64,000 bases of DNA from Octopus sinensis (lineage: Eukaryota): positions 24,242,001 to 24,306,000 of the forward strand of contig NC_043010.1 in the NCBI RefSeq assembly GCF_006345805.1, in the 5' to 3' direction. Shown one piece after another: positions 1 through 12,239 of the stretch. A program made the translations under genes and the position numbers. Numbering within the stretch: the stretch's first letter is position 1; every line of letters starts with the position of its first letter. The notes below the pieces were generated by a model, which did not search any database, was not told the DNA's origin, and saw nothing but the letters and a program-made list of their open reading frames with translations.

Positions 1-479
1 GTTATGAGGAAACAAATCGCTGGGCCATATTTCTGTAATTACGTCTCAAAATTATTGTGCGAATGAGTATATTAAACGAATAAAGGATTCAAATGAGAAA
101 TAATTCGTAACATGTCGGAAAAATTACCCACATTGTTAATCAAATTATTTAGCAAAAAATCGCACGGAAGGATGTCTTTACACTTGTTAAAAAATGTGGG
201 GATGATGAAAGCACATATGAAAAAATACAAAATAAAATACAAACACTGAACGCAGGCATGTTTACACCTTCGTCAGCTTTAGACCAAATATCAGAGAAAC
301 GAGACATCCTTAAGCGTTCAGAATAATTTTTCCATTGTCTTGACTTAACAGCCCTCATCGTTTGCTTTTACTGTTTTGTTCTTATTGTTCTGTCTTTTAC
401 TGTTTTTACTCTTTTACTGTTTTTACTATTTTGTTCTCACTGTACTGTTCTTGTTACCACTTTTACCCTCCGGAAAAAA

Positions 480-802
480 TTCCTAATTTCATTTAATTTG
501 CTTTGCGGAAGGACTGTTTCAACGAAGTGGCGTTTTGTCCTTACCTTCGCAACGCGGAGTATGTGAAACAGGGACAACTGAAGAAGGGGATTATTATTTA
601 TGTTGTATGTCTCGTTTTTCTGGGTTTTTTTCGTTGTTTGAAAAGAAAGTTCGTTTCTATGTTCTTGTTTTTATGTTTTCGTTTCTCATTGGGTTCAAGG
701 TTTTTTTATGTCCTGTACCCATATATGCATGTATATATACATGTATATGTAGGTATGTACATATATGTATGTATATATATACATATATTTATATATTATT
801 TA

Positions 803-881
<79 letters not shown>

Positions 882-1190
882 ATGATAATATAAATAATTA
901 TATATATGCATATATACATACGTATATGTACGTACTTACATGTATACGTATATATATGTGCATATGTGGGAACAGGGCGTCCGAAACGTGTACAACAAAA
1001 AAAAAGATATATGATTACATGGAATATAAACTATTTTTTCGAACAACGAAAGACAGAAATGGAAAACAAGACAAAGAACACAAGAAAACGATCCCTCATC
1101 AGTTGTGGTGTCGAACGCGTAAATCAAGCTTGGACAGGAGACAGACAGGAACACGTCTTCATTGATCCAGCTACAACGGAGAGAAAGAAA
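480..1190. repeat. Pair of diverged, oppositely oriented PLE pseudo-LTR-like fragments separated by microsatellite
   Basis: Plus-strand ~570-650 reads caaCTGAAGAaggg...ttcgttgtttGAAA and minus-strand ~1030-1105 reads caaCTGATGAggga...ttcgttgttcGAAA; stems I and III do not fold cleanly. Confidence 0.3.
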
Positions 1191-1228
1191 CACACAGACA
1201 GACAGACACACACACACGTATATGTATA

Positions 1229-1274
<46 letters not shown>

Positions 1275-1874
1275 GTTTGTATATAGAAAGCGATTATCCC
1301 AAAATGATTACCGATTTGCTCTCAGTTAGGTAGTCAAAGTATGTTGTTCAACAGCTAACATATAAATCCAGTAAAGTACTTATAAGACAAGAAATTAGAG
1401 GAATATTCGGTTGGATAATTCTGAATATATTTCCTTAGCCATATAGGTTTCCTGGAGTATAAATATTAATAATATATACCGCCTTACATAGACCAACACG
1501 TGTTTCAATAATATATATATATAAACATAAACTTCATATAATCAAAATAGCCTTGGCCTGACGAGTAACCTTCGGTATACACCTCGCTTGGTCATGTAGC
1601 AGTTCCGAGGTTCCGCTCGTTATAATATATATGTAGCTCTGATCTTCTCTACTCAATTTTTTAATTCTTGTATTCTTATTCGCATACCTGACAACCCAGG
1701 CTGACTGCCGTGAAATATATAAAAAAAATAATTTCAGCTTAACGTTCTTCGATAAGAAAAGTCCACAACCTTCCGCCTCAGTAAACCACTATTGTTGCTG
1801 AAAGTTCTTTTTCATAATTTTTACGGATTGCTTGAAGCTAACTTTCTTCCTACACCTCGATCTTTGGATCATAC

Positions 1875-1911
<37 letters not shown>

Positions 1912-1915
<4 letters not shown>

Positions 1916-2195
1916 CGTGATCACCGTGACCGACCAGGCTATCAGATGTTGCTACACATCGCTGGTCACAATGCGCTTCGCATTGTTTTAGCCTTCAAAT
2001 GACGCCACCCCGCTGGCCAACAGAAGAAAGAGTGAGAGAGAGTTGTGGCGAAAGAGTACAGCAGGGACCGCCACCACCACCCTGCCGGAGCCTCGTGGAG
2101 CTTTAGGTGTTTTCGCTCAATAAACACTCACAACGCCCGGTCTGGGAATCGAAACTGCGATTTTACGACCGCGAGTCCGCTGCCCTAACCAGTGG
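1912..2195 (-). mobile_element. tRNA-derived SINE
   Basis: Reverse complement has a tRNA-like head (ggttagggcagcggactcgcggtcgt...gtttcgattccc) followed by SINE body also seen at 5660-5850. Confidence 0.75.
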
Positions 2196-2538
2196 GCAGC
2201 GGACTCGCGGTCGTAGGATCGCGGTTTCGATTATATATATATAGATATATATAGACGGGAAAGGATGACTTCCCTTTGCAAATACTGACAGGACACAGAA
2301 AGTGTGTCTATGGCCAGCTGGAGGAGTGTGTCCTCCTGGGGCTAAAAACTACTGTAGCATCCACCCTTAGGGGTAGCCATATTGAGATGGCAAATATACG
2401 TCACGATGTGTTACCGCTACTGTATATAACTCACTTTGATATTTATCATTGTTTGATTTCACTTTTTCAATATCAGCGACAGTGGACGCTGGAAAAAGTA
2501 TAAGTATTTGTGAAGGAAATCTAATTCTCGCCGACAAC

Positions 2539-2599
2539 TATGATTGTCACACGCTGACGAGAGGTCAATACCTCGAAACTCGAGTCCGTGTGTATCATA
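2539..2599 (+). ncRNA. Type I hammerhead ribozyme, intact
   Basis: CACACG-CTGACGA-GAGGT caat ACCTC-GAAA-CTCGAG-TC|CGTGTG; stem I extended by TATGAT/ATCATA across an internal loop; predicted cleavage after 2586. Confidence 0.92.
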
Positions 2600-2890
2600 A
2601 GTTGAAGACGGGAAGCATGACTTCCCTTTGCAAATACTAACAGGACACAGAAAGTGTGTCTCTGGCCAGCTGGAGGAGTGTGTCCTCCTGGGGCTAAAAA
2701 CTACAGTAGCATCCACCCTTAGGGGTAGCCATATTGAGATGGCAAATATACGTCACGATGTGTTACCGCTACTGTATATAACTCACTTTGATATTTATCA
2801 TTGTTTGATTTCACTTTTTCAATATCAGCGACAGTGGACGCTGGAAAAAGTATAAGTATTTGTGAAGGAAATCTAATTCTCGCCGACAAC

Positions 2891-2951
2891 TATGATTGTC
2901 ACACGCTGACGAGAGGTCAATACCTCGAAACTCGAGTCCGTGTGTATCATA
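2891..2951 (+). ncRNA. Type I hammerhead ribozyme, intact (second unit)
   Basis: Identical to 2539-2599; predicted cleavage after 2938. Confidence 0.92.
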
Positions 2952-4577
2952 AGTTGAAGACGGGAAGGATGACTTCCCTTTGCAAATACTGACAGGACAC
3001 AGAAAGTGTGTCTATGGTCAGCTGGAGGAGTGTGTCCTCCTGAGGCTAAAAACTACAGTAGCATCCACCCTTAGGGGTAGCCATATTGAGATGGCAAATA
3101 TACGTCACGATATATATATATATATATATAAATTTCTATTGATTCACCAAGAAGCGATGAATTATAGAACCCAATACTGAAGTGGAGTGTATTCTTTAAT
3201 ATATTCTAACTGAAAGGCTCGTAATTGCAGTATTCTGCGTTACATGTTTTCGCTACTCCAGCTGGTAATCCAAGCCTGTTTGCTCTTGGGTCATCTGTTG
3301 TTTTAATATATTTTGAAATCGAGGTAATAACACATGCACAAAATGGCTGTTTTAAGCTCAGGTTTTTGATATATTATTATTTTGGACAAACCCAAATATT
3401 AAGAATGAGATAGTTGACTGAATTATCTAAAGTATGCAACTAAAAATATTTCCAGTATTTTACTTTATCTACGAGTGATGGTTTGCTAAAGCCCTGACGG
3501 AATATGAACTCAAAATTTAGAAACCAAACGAAAGTTTTTTAACTCTCTCCCTCCCGACATCGCTTAATGCACTCACGGCTAAAACAACATCCTAATTTAC
3601 ATTCAAATAATATAAATTGTAGGGGAAATATATCAAATCAACGTTTAAAAACTAAATTCCATATATGAGGCTCTGTAATGTAACTGTTTCTAATTCTTCC
3701 AGTTCACCGTATTTGGCTCAATTAATATTTTAATTTTAATTCAAATATTATGGATTAAAATGTTTCTAAGTTACATTTTGAAGCCTATGTACTAAAATAG
3801 TGTTATCTTTTGAACAGACAGTTTTTACACGCAACTGTTTTCGGGAAGATATATTGCATTGAATTAATTATTAGTGTTTAATTCTCCGTGTAACGAAAGT
3901 TATAACTCAGCTAAAATATAAATTACCTGAAAGGTCAGAAGTCGGAAAAACTGCAATATTTTGCAAGGGAATCATTTTCATATTGCGGTTTTTTGTTATT
4001 GTTCTTCTTCTTCCCGATTTGATAACGTTGTGTCACAGTTCAATTTGCACAAATGAGGAACAAAAGAGAATCTGTTTTTGTTTTTCTTTTTTCACACCTG
4101 AAACGATTAAGAATATATTTCCTATTAAATTTAACTGATCAGCCGCATATAATTCGTTAATGATTAAAACCGGGGATTGAGTGTAGCTTTTGGAGAAGTT
4201 CAAAGCAAATTCGTAATAAAAACGTATGCCACCCGATATAGTTTTGAAACAAATAAAGTTCAAAATCTTACTTTGACTCATTCGTATATTTTTAGGTGAG
4301 TGCAAAAAATGATTTCGATGAACACAATTATATAATTGGTACTTGTTTTATTGAAATCTCTTTCAATGCTGAATTGAAATATGAATTAAGCTCGAAAATA
4401 ATATGGTATTCAGAATATGACAGGAGTTAACAACTAATTGCTATGGGATTCGATACACTGTTGTTATATAAACCATCGCCCTTAACATTTTGACAGCATA
4501 ATAACCGTTATAGATGTATTAAACCTATCTCATTTCTGTAAAATTGCAGATTGGTTTAGAATATGCTTTCATATATC

Positions 4578-5515
4578 TCGTCATCCCATAAGTTCTGTCC
4601 GATTTTACCTTTTTTAAAATTGAATGAAATTTAGTAGTATTTTAGAATGTCAAATGGAACTGAAAATTATTTTTATGCATTTGTGTACATTTAAACTAAT
4701 TAAATATTATTTTACAGAATAATAGAATTAAAATTTCTTTGATTAAAACCCTTTCTAACATGGAAGTATCCAAAGAGCATTTGAGGCACATAATGCTTTA
4801 TGAGTACACAAAAGGAAACTCTGTAGACGAAGCGACTCGAAACATACACTCAGTTTATGGGAAAGTATGCTTGAATGAAAGAACTTGCAGAAGATGGTTT
4901 GCAAAATTCAGAGGTGGAGATTTCAGTCTTTTAGATGAACATCTAACAGGACGTCCAGTTGAGTTCATGATAAGGTCCTTGAGGCATTACTTGAAGAAAA
5001 TCCTGCATTATCAGTTGAAAAATTGGCAATAAAGCTTAGTTCAAACCATACAACTGTTCATCGTCATCTTCAAGAACTTGGAAAGTTTCCTAAACTTCGA
5101 AAATGGGTGCCTTATGAACTGACCGAAAGCAACCGCAGATCCCGAGTTGACATCTGATCTTCTCTCCATTCTTGCGAAGTCATTTCACCCTTTTTGGATA
5201 GACTTGGGAGTGGTGAAGAAAAGTGGATATTCTATCGAAATGTTAAACGTCGTAAACAGTAGCTTGTTAAAAGGGGAAAAGCTCAACCACAACCGAGAAG
5301 GGAACTTCATGGAAAAATAGATTCTTTTCTCTATTTAGTGGGATTGCAAAGGAGTAATTCACTTTGAATTGTTACCACCTAATGTAACAATCAATGCTCA
5401 AGTCTACTGTCAGCAATTAGAGCGTTTGAACCAAGCTTTGAAGGAAAAAAGACTCGCTTTAGTGAATCGAAAAGGTGTGATGTTTCATCAGGACAATGCG
5501 CGACCCCACACTGCT
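4578..5515 (+). mobile_element. Degenerate mariner transposon, 3'-truncated
   Basis: Frameshifted transposase pieces MEVSKEHLRHIMLYEY...ERTCRRWFAKFRGGDFSL (HTH), KWVPYEL, and FHQDNARPHTA (DDD region); interrupted by SINE sequence after 5515. Confidence 0.9.
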
Positions 5516-5526
5516 CCTATTTTAAA

Positions 5527-5850
5527 TCCTGGTACTTATTCTATCATTCCTGTTTATTGAATGGCTTAGTCACGGGGACGTAAGCAGACTAACACCGATT
5601 GTAAAGTGATGGTGGGTGACGAACAAACACTCACACACTCACACATATATATTACGATATCGACTACAGTATTATACGTCGCTGGTCACAATGAACTTTT
5701 CATCGTTTATTCTTTCGAATGACGCCACTCTCTTGCTAGGCGAGTGGGTCAGCAGACCCCTAAATCTGAGACTTACTCCATCGCAGGGTGTACCCATTTA
5801 TCGCTGAGTGTACTGGAACGACGTGAAATGAAGTGTTTTGCTCAATGAAA
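5527..5850 (-). mobile_element. Two adjacent degenerate SINE fragments
   Basis: Matches the tail (ggtacttattctatc...ggggacgtaa) and CORE-like segment (tacccattt...ctgagtgtactgg...gtgttttgctcaa) of other copies in the window. Confidence 0.65.
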
Positions 5851-5882
5851 CCCATTTTCCCAGCATTAAATATCACTGAACT

Positions 5883-6068
5883 GAGGCGGTGAGCTGGCAG
5901 AATAGTTAGCACGCCAGGCGGTTGTCTTTACGTTCTGAGTTCAAATTCCGCCGAGGTCGACTTTCATCCTTTCGGGGTCAATAAATTAAGTCCCAGTTGC
6001 GTACTGGGGTCGATCTAACCACTGGCCCCTTCCCCAAAAATTTCGGGGCTTGAGCCTAGAGTAGAAAA
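5883..6068 (+). mobile_element. tRNA-derived SINE
   Basis: ggcggtgagctggcagaa...gttagcacgcc (A-box-like) and gagttcaaattcc (B-box-like); homologous to 56825 and 57770. Confidence 0.8.
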
Positions 6069-6905
6069 AACAAATTAAATGTCGCTGAACTATATTCTGA
6101 TTAGCTCGTTATCGAGTACGAATCTAAACTAACCAGTAATAATAATAGAGATTCAGGGACGAATGTCCGTTCGTCTGTCCACGAACCATTGCTTCTTAAT
6201 CCAAACATACTTACAAGTATTTGTATTGTTTCCTTCTATTTACAGAACATAAGCCAACACTAAATGGCATTCTTTTGAAACCACCTAACTACAATTTGTA
6301 GTAGGTGAGTGTGGTTTCTATGCTATATTGTTGCTTTGGATATGTTGATTGGTCGATATTCCACTTAACATTATAGGAAAGTTTGAGATTCTGTCAGAGC
6401 TTTTGCAAAACAAATGTCAAAGCATTGAACCTTCTTCATAGAAGAAATTCCAATGCAATGTTGTTATTGACTTTATGAGCCAAAGTTTACTATTTAATAT
6501 TATTTCAGGTTCTTTATCTTCAAGTCAATCCTAACATAACATTTCCTGGTTGTTTTGCTATAGTTAAGGTTCTATTATGATTCAAACCCCACGTTATTAA
6601 AATACGAAACATTTTATTTGGATATCACTAAATAATTCTCCTGGAAAATCGCTATGAAGCTTTATTGCACTCTAACCAATCTTATTACAATTTTTATGGT
6701 TTACTCAGGGAAGTTAAGGCTGCATCGGCGACCTTTACACGATCCATGAGATGTGAAGAGACGTGTGAAAGACATCTCAATCAGGGCTGACACGGAGCTG
6801 AAACCTCATCGTTTAATGCAGTTGAAAACTGGGACATTAAAACATCTATTATATTAAGATTAGAGTCCTGACCTGAAAGTTCGAAAGAAATGGACAAATC
6901 TAAAG

Positions 6906-6972
6906 CAGTGGTCCCCAAACTTGTTAATATCCGGGCCAGAGTCCAATCCTGGATGTTTTTAGAGGGCCACAG
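6906..6972 (+). mobile_element. Possible hAT/Charlie-type MITE terminus fragment
   Basis: cagtggtccccaaact...gggccaga...gagggccaca resembles hAT MITE 5' ends; no partner TIR seen. Confidence 0.3.
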
Positions 6973-7477
6973 AAAAAGAAAATGACACAAGATAATTAAA
7001 GAAAAAAATGATCATGTTAATGGAGGGAATATTGTCGAGGGACAACGGAAAGATACTTGAAAATAGCATGGAGCCCTGGGAACTGCGGTTCAGAACGGCT
7101 TCTTTGACGGCATCCAAGGGACACACTAGAGGACTTCGTGCAGGTGACGTATCAAAACTACCTGTCAAAAGCAGTTTCAGTCAATCTTGGAGGGGGTTTC
7201 ACACAGTTTCGCTTTCACAGGCTGTTCCAGTTCATAAGTTGCTTAACACAAGACTAAGTTAGCAGACTTCATACTAAAGAGAAGCACTGAAGGAAAGAAC
7301 TACCAGAATAATACACCCACACACCCACACACACACATACACACGCATGTATACTCACATACATTCACACACTTGCACATATGCAAACACAAATACACAT
7401 ATATATGTGTCCTTTTACTCTTTTATTTTACTGGTTTCAGCACAGAGGCCATGCTGGAGCAGCGGCTTTCATTGTTT

Positions 7478-7735
7478 TGGGATCTCCTTTCGGTAGTGTT
7501 TTAGACGAAGAAGCGAGTTGGTCGAAGCTGCACTTCCCTGTGCCCCTCGCATCAATGTGAGCTCATCTGGGATTTGAGGTAGAAAATTTTCCGGGTGCCT
7601 TTTGAAAGTTTCCACATTTACACATTGCAGACCCCTCAGGTTCCTTGGCATGATGTTAAAGAGTTTTGGTCCCCTGGAACCCAAACTGTTGCTATAATGG
7701 GACATTATCTGAGATGGAGACAAGGCGCAGGCCTG
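7478..7735 (-). mobile_element. CR1-like LINE 3' fragment
   Basis: Peptide [45 protein letters not shown]...AASTNSL resembles a CR1-type ORF2 C-terminus. Confidence 0.65.
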
Positions 7736-7808
7736 GCTTTTATGGAAGATATATATATACATATATAGAAGATATATATATACATATACATATATCCACA
7801 CACACACA

Positions 7809-7844
<36 letters not shown>

Positions 7845-7884
7845 TGTATGTATGTATGTATATATCTTTTATCTCTTTTCTCTT

Positions 7885-8250
7885 TTATTTGTTTCAGTCA
7901 TTTGACTGTGGCCATGCTGGAGCACCGCCTTTAGTCGAGCAAATCGACTCCAGTACTTATTCTTTGGAAGCCTAGTACTTATTCTTTGGGTCGCTTTTGC
8001 CGAACCACTAAGTTACGGGGACATAAATACACCAGCATCGGTTATCAAGCAATGTTTAGGGGGGGGGCAAACACACAAACATATACACACACACATATAT
8101 ATACATATATACGGCGGGCTTCTTTCAGTTTCTGTCTACCAAATCCACTCACAAGGCTTTGGTGGGCCCGAGGCTATAGTAGAAGACACTTGCCTAGGGT
8201 GCCACGCAGTGGGAATGAACACAGAACCATCTGGTTCGTAAGCAAGCTAT
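7885..8250 (-). mobile_element. tRNA-derived SINE with internal CA/TA microsatellite
   Basis: gtttcagtcatttgactgtggccatgctggagcaccgcc...aaatccactcacaaggcttt...cacgcagtggg; multicopy in window. Confidence 0.85.
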
Positions 8251-8367
8251 TTTATTTCAAAAAAAGTTTGCCATAGAGGCATGATACAGAGTAGCTTGCC
8301 GGCTGGACAGAAACAAGCTACTGCTACGCCTATACACACACACACACACGAACGCACGACGCACACA

Positions 8368-8442
<75 letters not shown>

Positions 8443-8807
8443 GCATGTATATATTCATATATATTAGGGTGGCTATTCGCAATTTAAAAACCAAAACGCA
8501 CAAGTACAATCGTCCCTAGAGTGACTAAGAGCGCAATTGAGCGCCAAAGTTGCTAGAAATAAGAGTCAAAACAACAACTCTTAGCCATGGCAAAACACTT
8601 ATCTGTTGACGAGGCAGAACAACCTCCCTACAGCAAGTGAGGAGTGTCAGATCATCGATGACTTCGGATTGGATTAATCGTCGACAGTGACATTTACCCC
8701 GTTGCCTAGGGTTAAGCTGAACATTGCTTCTCAGTTTATAGAGTATATACTATAGGAATCGGTGACTGATTCGTTAAAATGGTTAAGTGAAAATTAAAAA
8801 GTATTAG

Positions 8808-8970
8808 AGTGGGTGTGTGGTAAGTAGATTGGTTGCCAACCACATGGTTCCAGGTTCAGCCCCACTGTGTGATACCTTGGGCAAGGGTCTTCTACTATAG
8901 CCTCGAGCCGATCAAAGTCTTGCGAGTGGATTTAGTAGATGGAAACTGAAAGAGGCCTGTTGAATATATG

Positions 8971-9017
<47 letters not shown>

Positions 9018-9250
9018 ATGTGTGTGTGTGTGTGTGTGTGTGCGTCTGTGTTTGTCCCCCCCAACATCGCTTGACAACCGATGTTGGTGTGTTTATGTCA
9101 CCATAACTTAGAAGTTCTGCAAATGAGACCGATAGAATAAGTACTAGGTTTACAAAGAATAAGTCCTGGTGTCGATTTGCTCGACTAGAGGCGGTGCTCC
9201 AGCATGGTCGCAGGCAGATGACTGAAACAAGTAAAAGAGTAAAGAGTAAA
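8808..9250 (+). mobile_element. tRNA-derived SINE, same family as 7885-8250
   Basis: gtgtgtggtaagtag...ggttcagcccca...gagtggatttagtagatggaaactgaaagagg...gaaacaagtaaaagagtaaag. Confidence 0.85.
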
Positions 9251-10967
9251 GCTTATTTGCCAACATAATGAGGCAGTCCTTGTTAGGACGCATGTTACTG
9301 TTATTTAGCCTCCGGAAACATCGTCTTCAGCTGACTATCGACGAACTCTTTGCGTCCTTATATTTTCGAAGCCAGTTTCGTGTCCCACTCATCTCTAAAG
9401 CAATATCTGTGTACCAATGGTTTCTGGGTTATTCCTTTACAGACCTACACAGACATATATGTATTGATTCCTGATATAGTTAATTCATGTACGAAACAAC
9501 CATACTGTTAACATCACAATCTATGCTGGACTACAACCGAATCTATTTTAATGGATACGTTTACAAGTGTATTCAATTAGCAATCTTTAATGCTTAGAAA
9601 ATGACCCCACAGAAATTGCGACATTTCCAGTTTGTACTTTAATATGCTTTTGTCAATATCATCAATAGATTTCATCGATTTCCTTTTTTTTTTCTCATGT
9701 TTCTCTTTATACAATATTCTTCCTATTTTACGGCAAATGTAACGTATCGGAATATATGAAACCTTTTTGAAATATGAAACTGAAACATGTATCTGTTGCC
9801 GTTATTCAGTGACCACTTTCTCACCCGGTTCACTGATCGTTTATAACGCTGGCCAAAGTCGTTCCAACAATAACCTCCCTATTTAATTTATCGGCTCTCC
9901 TTTTTTAAGACGTTCGTATGTAAAATGCAAGACATGTATTGGTATTTCTAGCACACTAAACAAGCTAATAAGCTAGTTAATTTAATTCATCTTTAATTAT
10001 TTTTAAGAATTGCTATATCGCTTAATGAAATGCCTTGAAGCATTTTACATTCTAAGTTTAGATACTTCCTGGTTCGGCTGTCTCTTTTATCCTTCCGAAC
10101 TTCATTAAGGTTCCTCTGTAAATGCCTAAATTCTCTCTTTATTTAATTTATTCATTTCATGCTCTGCACTCAAATACTGATTGATTCGATTGAGTTTTTC
10201 CCCTCTCTCTCTGGTCTAGATATATGCAAATAAGCTCCAATTAATGGACTCTCTGATCTCTGGGATATGCACCCTGTCCAGCTGAATAATGTTACCCCAG
10301 ACATCGTTCTGCCGAGCTGATCTTGTCAGAAATATTAGCAAACTTATTCTCACCCAAGAAACACTCATACTGTGTCTTAAATAAGAAGGACACATAGGGC
10401 AAAGTAAACTCTGATTGACAAACAATCAAGATGGTCACCATTTCAACATCTTTTATTACAAGTTTGCCTGATCGAGAATGATTTGACCGGTGGAGTGAAT
10501 GGGGGTAGGTGATAAACAGCGTCAACGTCACCAATAAACTTTTGTGGTATAGGGATCATTAATTTACAATCTGATTTCGAATGCTCCTAGGTTTTATATC
10601 GACTTCAATGTTACGATCACAGTAAAAATATATTCTAAAGATAACTTTGTCTGTCCTTGTATTCCAGTAAGAATTCCTATCATAATTGGCCATCTGCTCT
10701 TTTCTGTGTTTTATTTGTCAGTCCTGGATTTCAAAAGAGAATTGCATTAAATACAAGGAAGTTGGACGCAACTGGAAAAATACGTTGTTGTATATCCTGC
10801 TTCTTGAAGCGACAGCTACACCTGCCATATAAACACTAAAAATTGCTGTCATGATTAATTACACCAATCTACGTATTTCAGGATTTTAATTATCATCGCA
10901 GGTTTCACTTCCAACAGAATAAAAGAAATTTATAAGATTACATGTTGCTCGGCGTTTCATCGTTCTA

Positions 10968-12239
10968 CGAGGGGCGTTCAATAAGTAATGCCCCTGACCC
11001 ACTTGCAGTTGTTTGATCTAGTTGTTTGATTTTGCATGTGCACTTATTTATCCCTCTATAGATTAAGTGGCGAATTACAGCTCTGAACTAATTGTGGTTT
11101 CTGATTTACAGGTGTTTGAACTGAGTCAAGTGTGAAATGGAGCCTGTTGAGTGTCGAGCAGTGATCTGGTTTTTGTATTTGAAAGGACGCACACCACGGG
11201 AGACTTTTGATGAAATGAAAGTAACTTATGGCGATGATGCCCCATCATATGACCTTGTAAAACGCTGGCATTGTGAATTCAAACATAGTCGGAACTCTGA
11301 GGAAACAGCTCCCAGATCTGGTCGCCCCATTCTGCCGTTGATGAGACGTCTGTCCGTCAAGTTGAGGCTGCCATTTTGGAAGGTCAACGCATAACTATTC
11401 GCCAAATAGCCCATAAGGTCAAGATTAGTATCGGGTCTGTGGAAACTATCATTCATGACCATTTGCATATGCAAAAGGTGTCTGCCAGATGGATTTCCAG
11501 GTTGCTCACACCTTTCCAGAAGCAAGAACGCGTTGAGTGCTCGAGGATGAATTTGGAGATGTGCCAAGAAGATGAGTCAAAATTTTTCAAAAGACTGATC
11601 ACACAGGATAAAACCTGGGTCCATCACTATGATCCAGAGACCAAAGCCCAGTCAATGCAGTGAAAGCACCGTGACTCACCTCCTCCAAAGAAGGCAAGGG
11701 TGCAGCCCTCCGCTGACAAGGTTATGCTCACAGTCTTCTGGGACCAGGACGGAGTAGTGATGACAGATTTCCTGGCAAAGGGTACCACAATTACAGGAGC
11801 CTATTATGCTTCACTTTTGAGGAAATTAAGAGTAGCTATCAAAATCAAGAGGCGGGGCAAGATCAGCAAATGCATCCTCCTCCTGCAGGACAACGCTCCG
11901 GTCCACAACTCGCGTGTCGCCATATCAGAAGCACAGGCGTGCAGCTATAAACTCCTCCCCTTGCACCCTCTGATTTTCACCTCTTCCCAGCCATGAAGTT
12001 GATTTTGAAAGGAAAGCGTTTCCCAGATGATGCAGCCTTGATTTCTGAAGTCACGTCGTGGTTGGAGGACCAAGCTGGGTTCTTCTACAAAAACGGTCTC
12101 CAGAGCTGTATCAAACGATGGGAGAAATGCATAACTCTGGGTAGTTCCTATGTAGGAAAAGACTAATAACTGTGCCAAGTGTCATTGCTCTACTGCTATG
12201 GGAAGTGGGTCAGGGGCATTACTTATTGAACGCCCCTCG
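10968..12239 (+). mobile_element. Full-length mariner transposon with 37-bp perfect TIRs and TA target duplication
   Basis: TA|CGAGGGGCGTTCAATAAGTAATGCCCCTGACCCACTT ... AAGTGGGTCAGGGGCATTACTTATTGAACGCCCCTCG|TA. Confidence 0.97.
11137..12166 (+). pseudogene. Mariner transposase pseudogene
   Basis: MEPVECRAVIWFLYLKG HTH, WISRLLT (WVPxxL), ITQDKTWVHHYDPETK, LLQDNAPVH; stop at 11661-11663, frameshifts, and HPPYSPD part of the YSPDLAP motif deleted. Confidence 0.93.

Larger units (their letters stand above)
2253..3111 (+). mobile_element. 352-bp tandem repeat (~2.4 units) carrying hammerhead ribozymes; non-LTR retrozyme-like
   Basis: Near-identical units (HHR cores at 2554 and 2906, period 352), no coding capacity, many short hairpins, TA-rich tracts on both sides. 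Confidence 0.85.

Noticed and set aside
230-280. Minus-strand CTGACGA plus hairpin (also at 28150-28202)
   Set aside because: A stem II forms but is followed by GCGT instead of GAAA, and stems I and III do not form.
570-1105. Hammerhead calls for the CTGANGA...GAAA pairs
   Set aside because: Core words are present but stems cannot be paired convincingly; kept only as a low-confidence repeat.
503-1286. ORFs rich in YI/IY/LL runs here and throughout the window
   Set aside because: Products of (TA)n and (TAT)n tracts.
1485-1725. Half-hammerheads (GAAACACGTGTT on minus; CTGACGA and CTGACAA...GAAA on plus)
   Set aside because: No compatible 5' and 3' halves on the same strand.
6781-7262. Non-repetitive short ORFs as a host exon
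   Set aside because: No recognisable domain, no consistent splice pair, interrupted by a MITE-like fragment.
10216-10534. Protein-like minus-strand ORFs
   Set aside because: No family motif recognised; stops in all frames; could be old TE debris.
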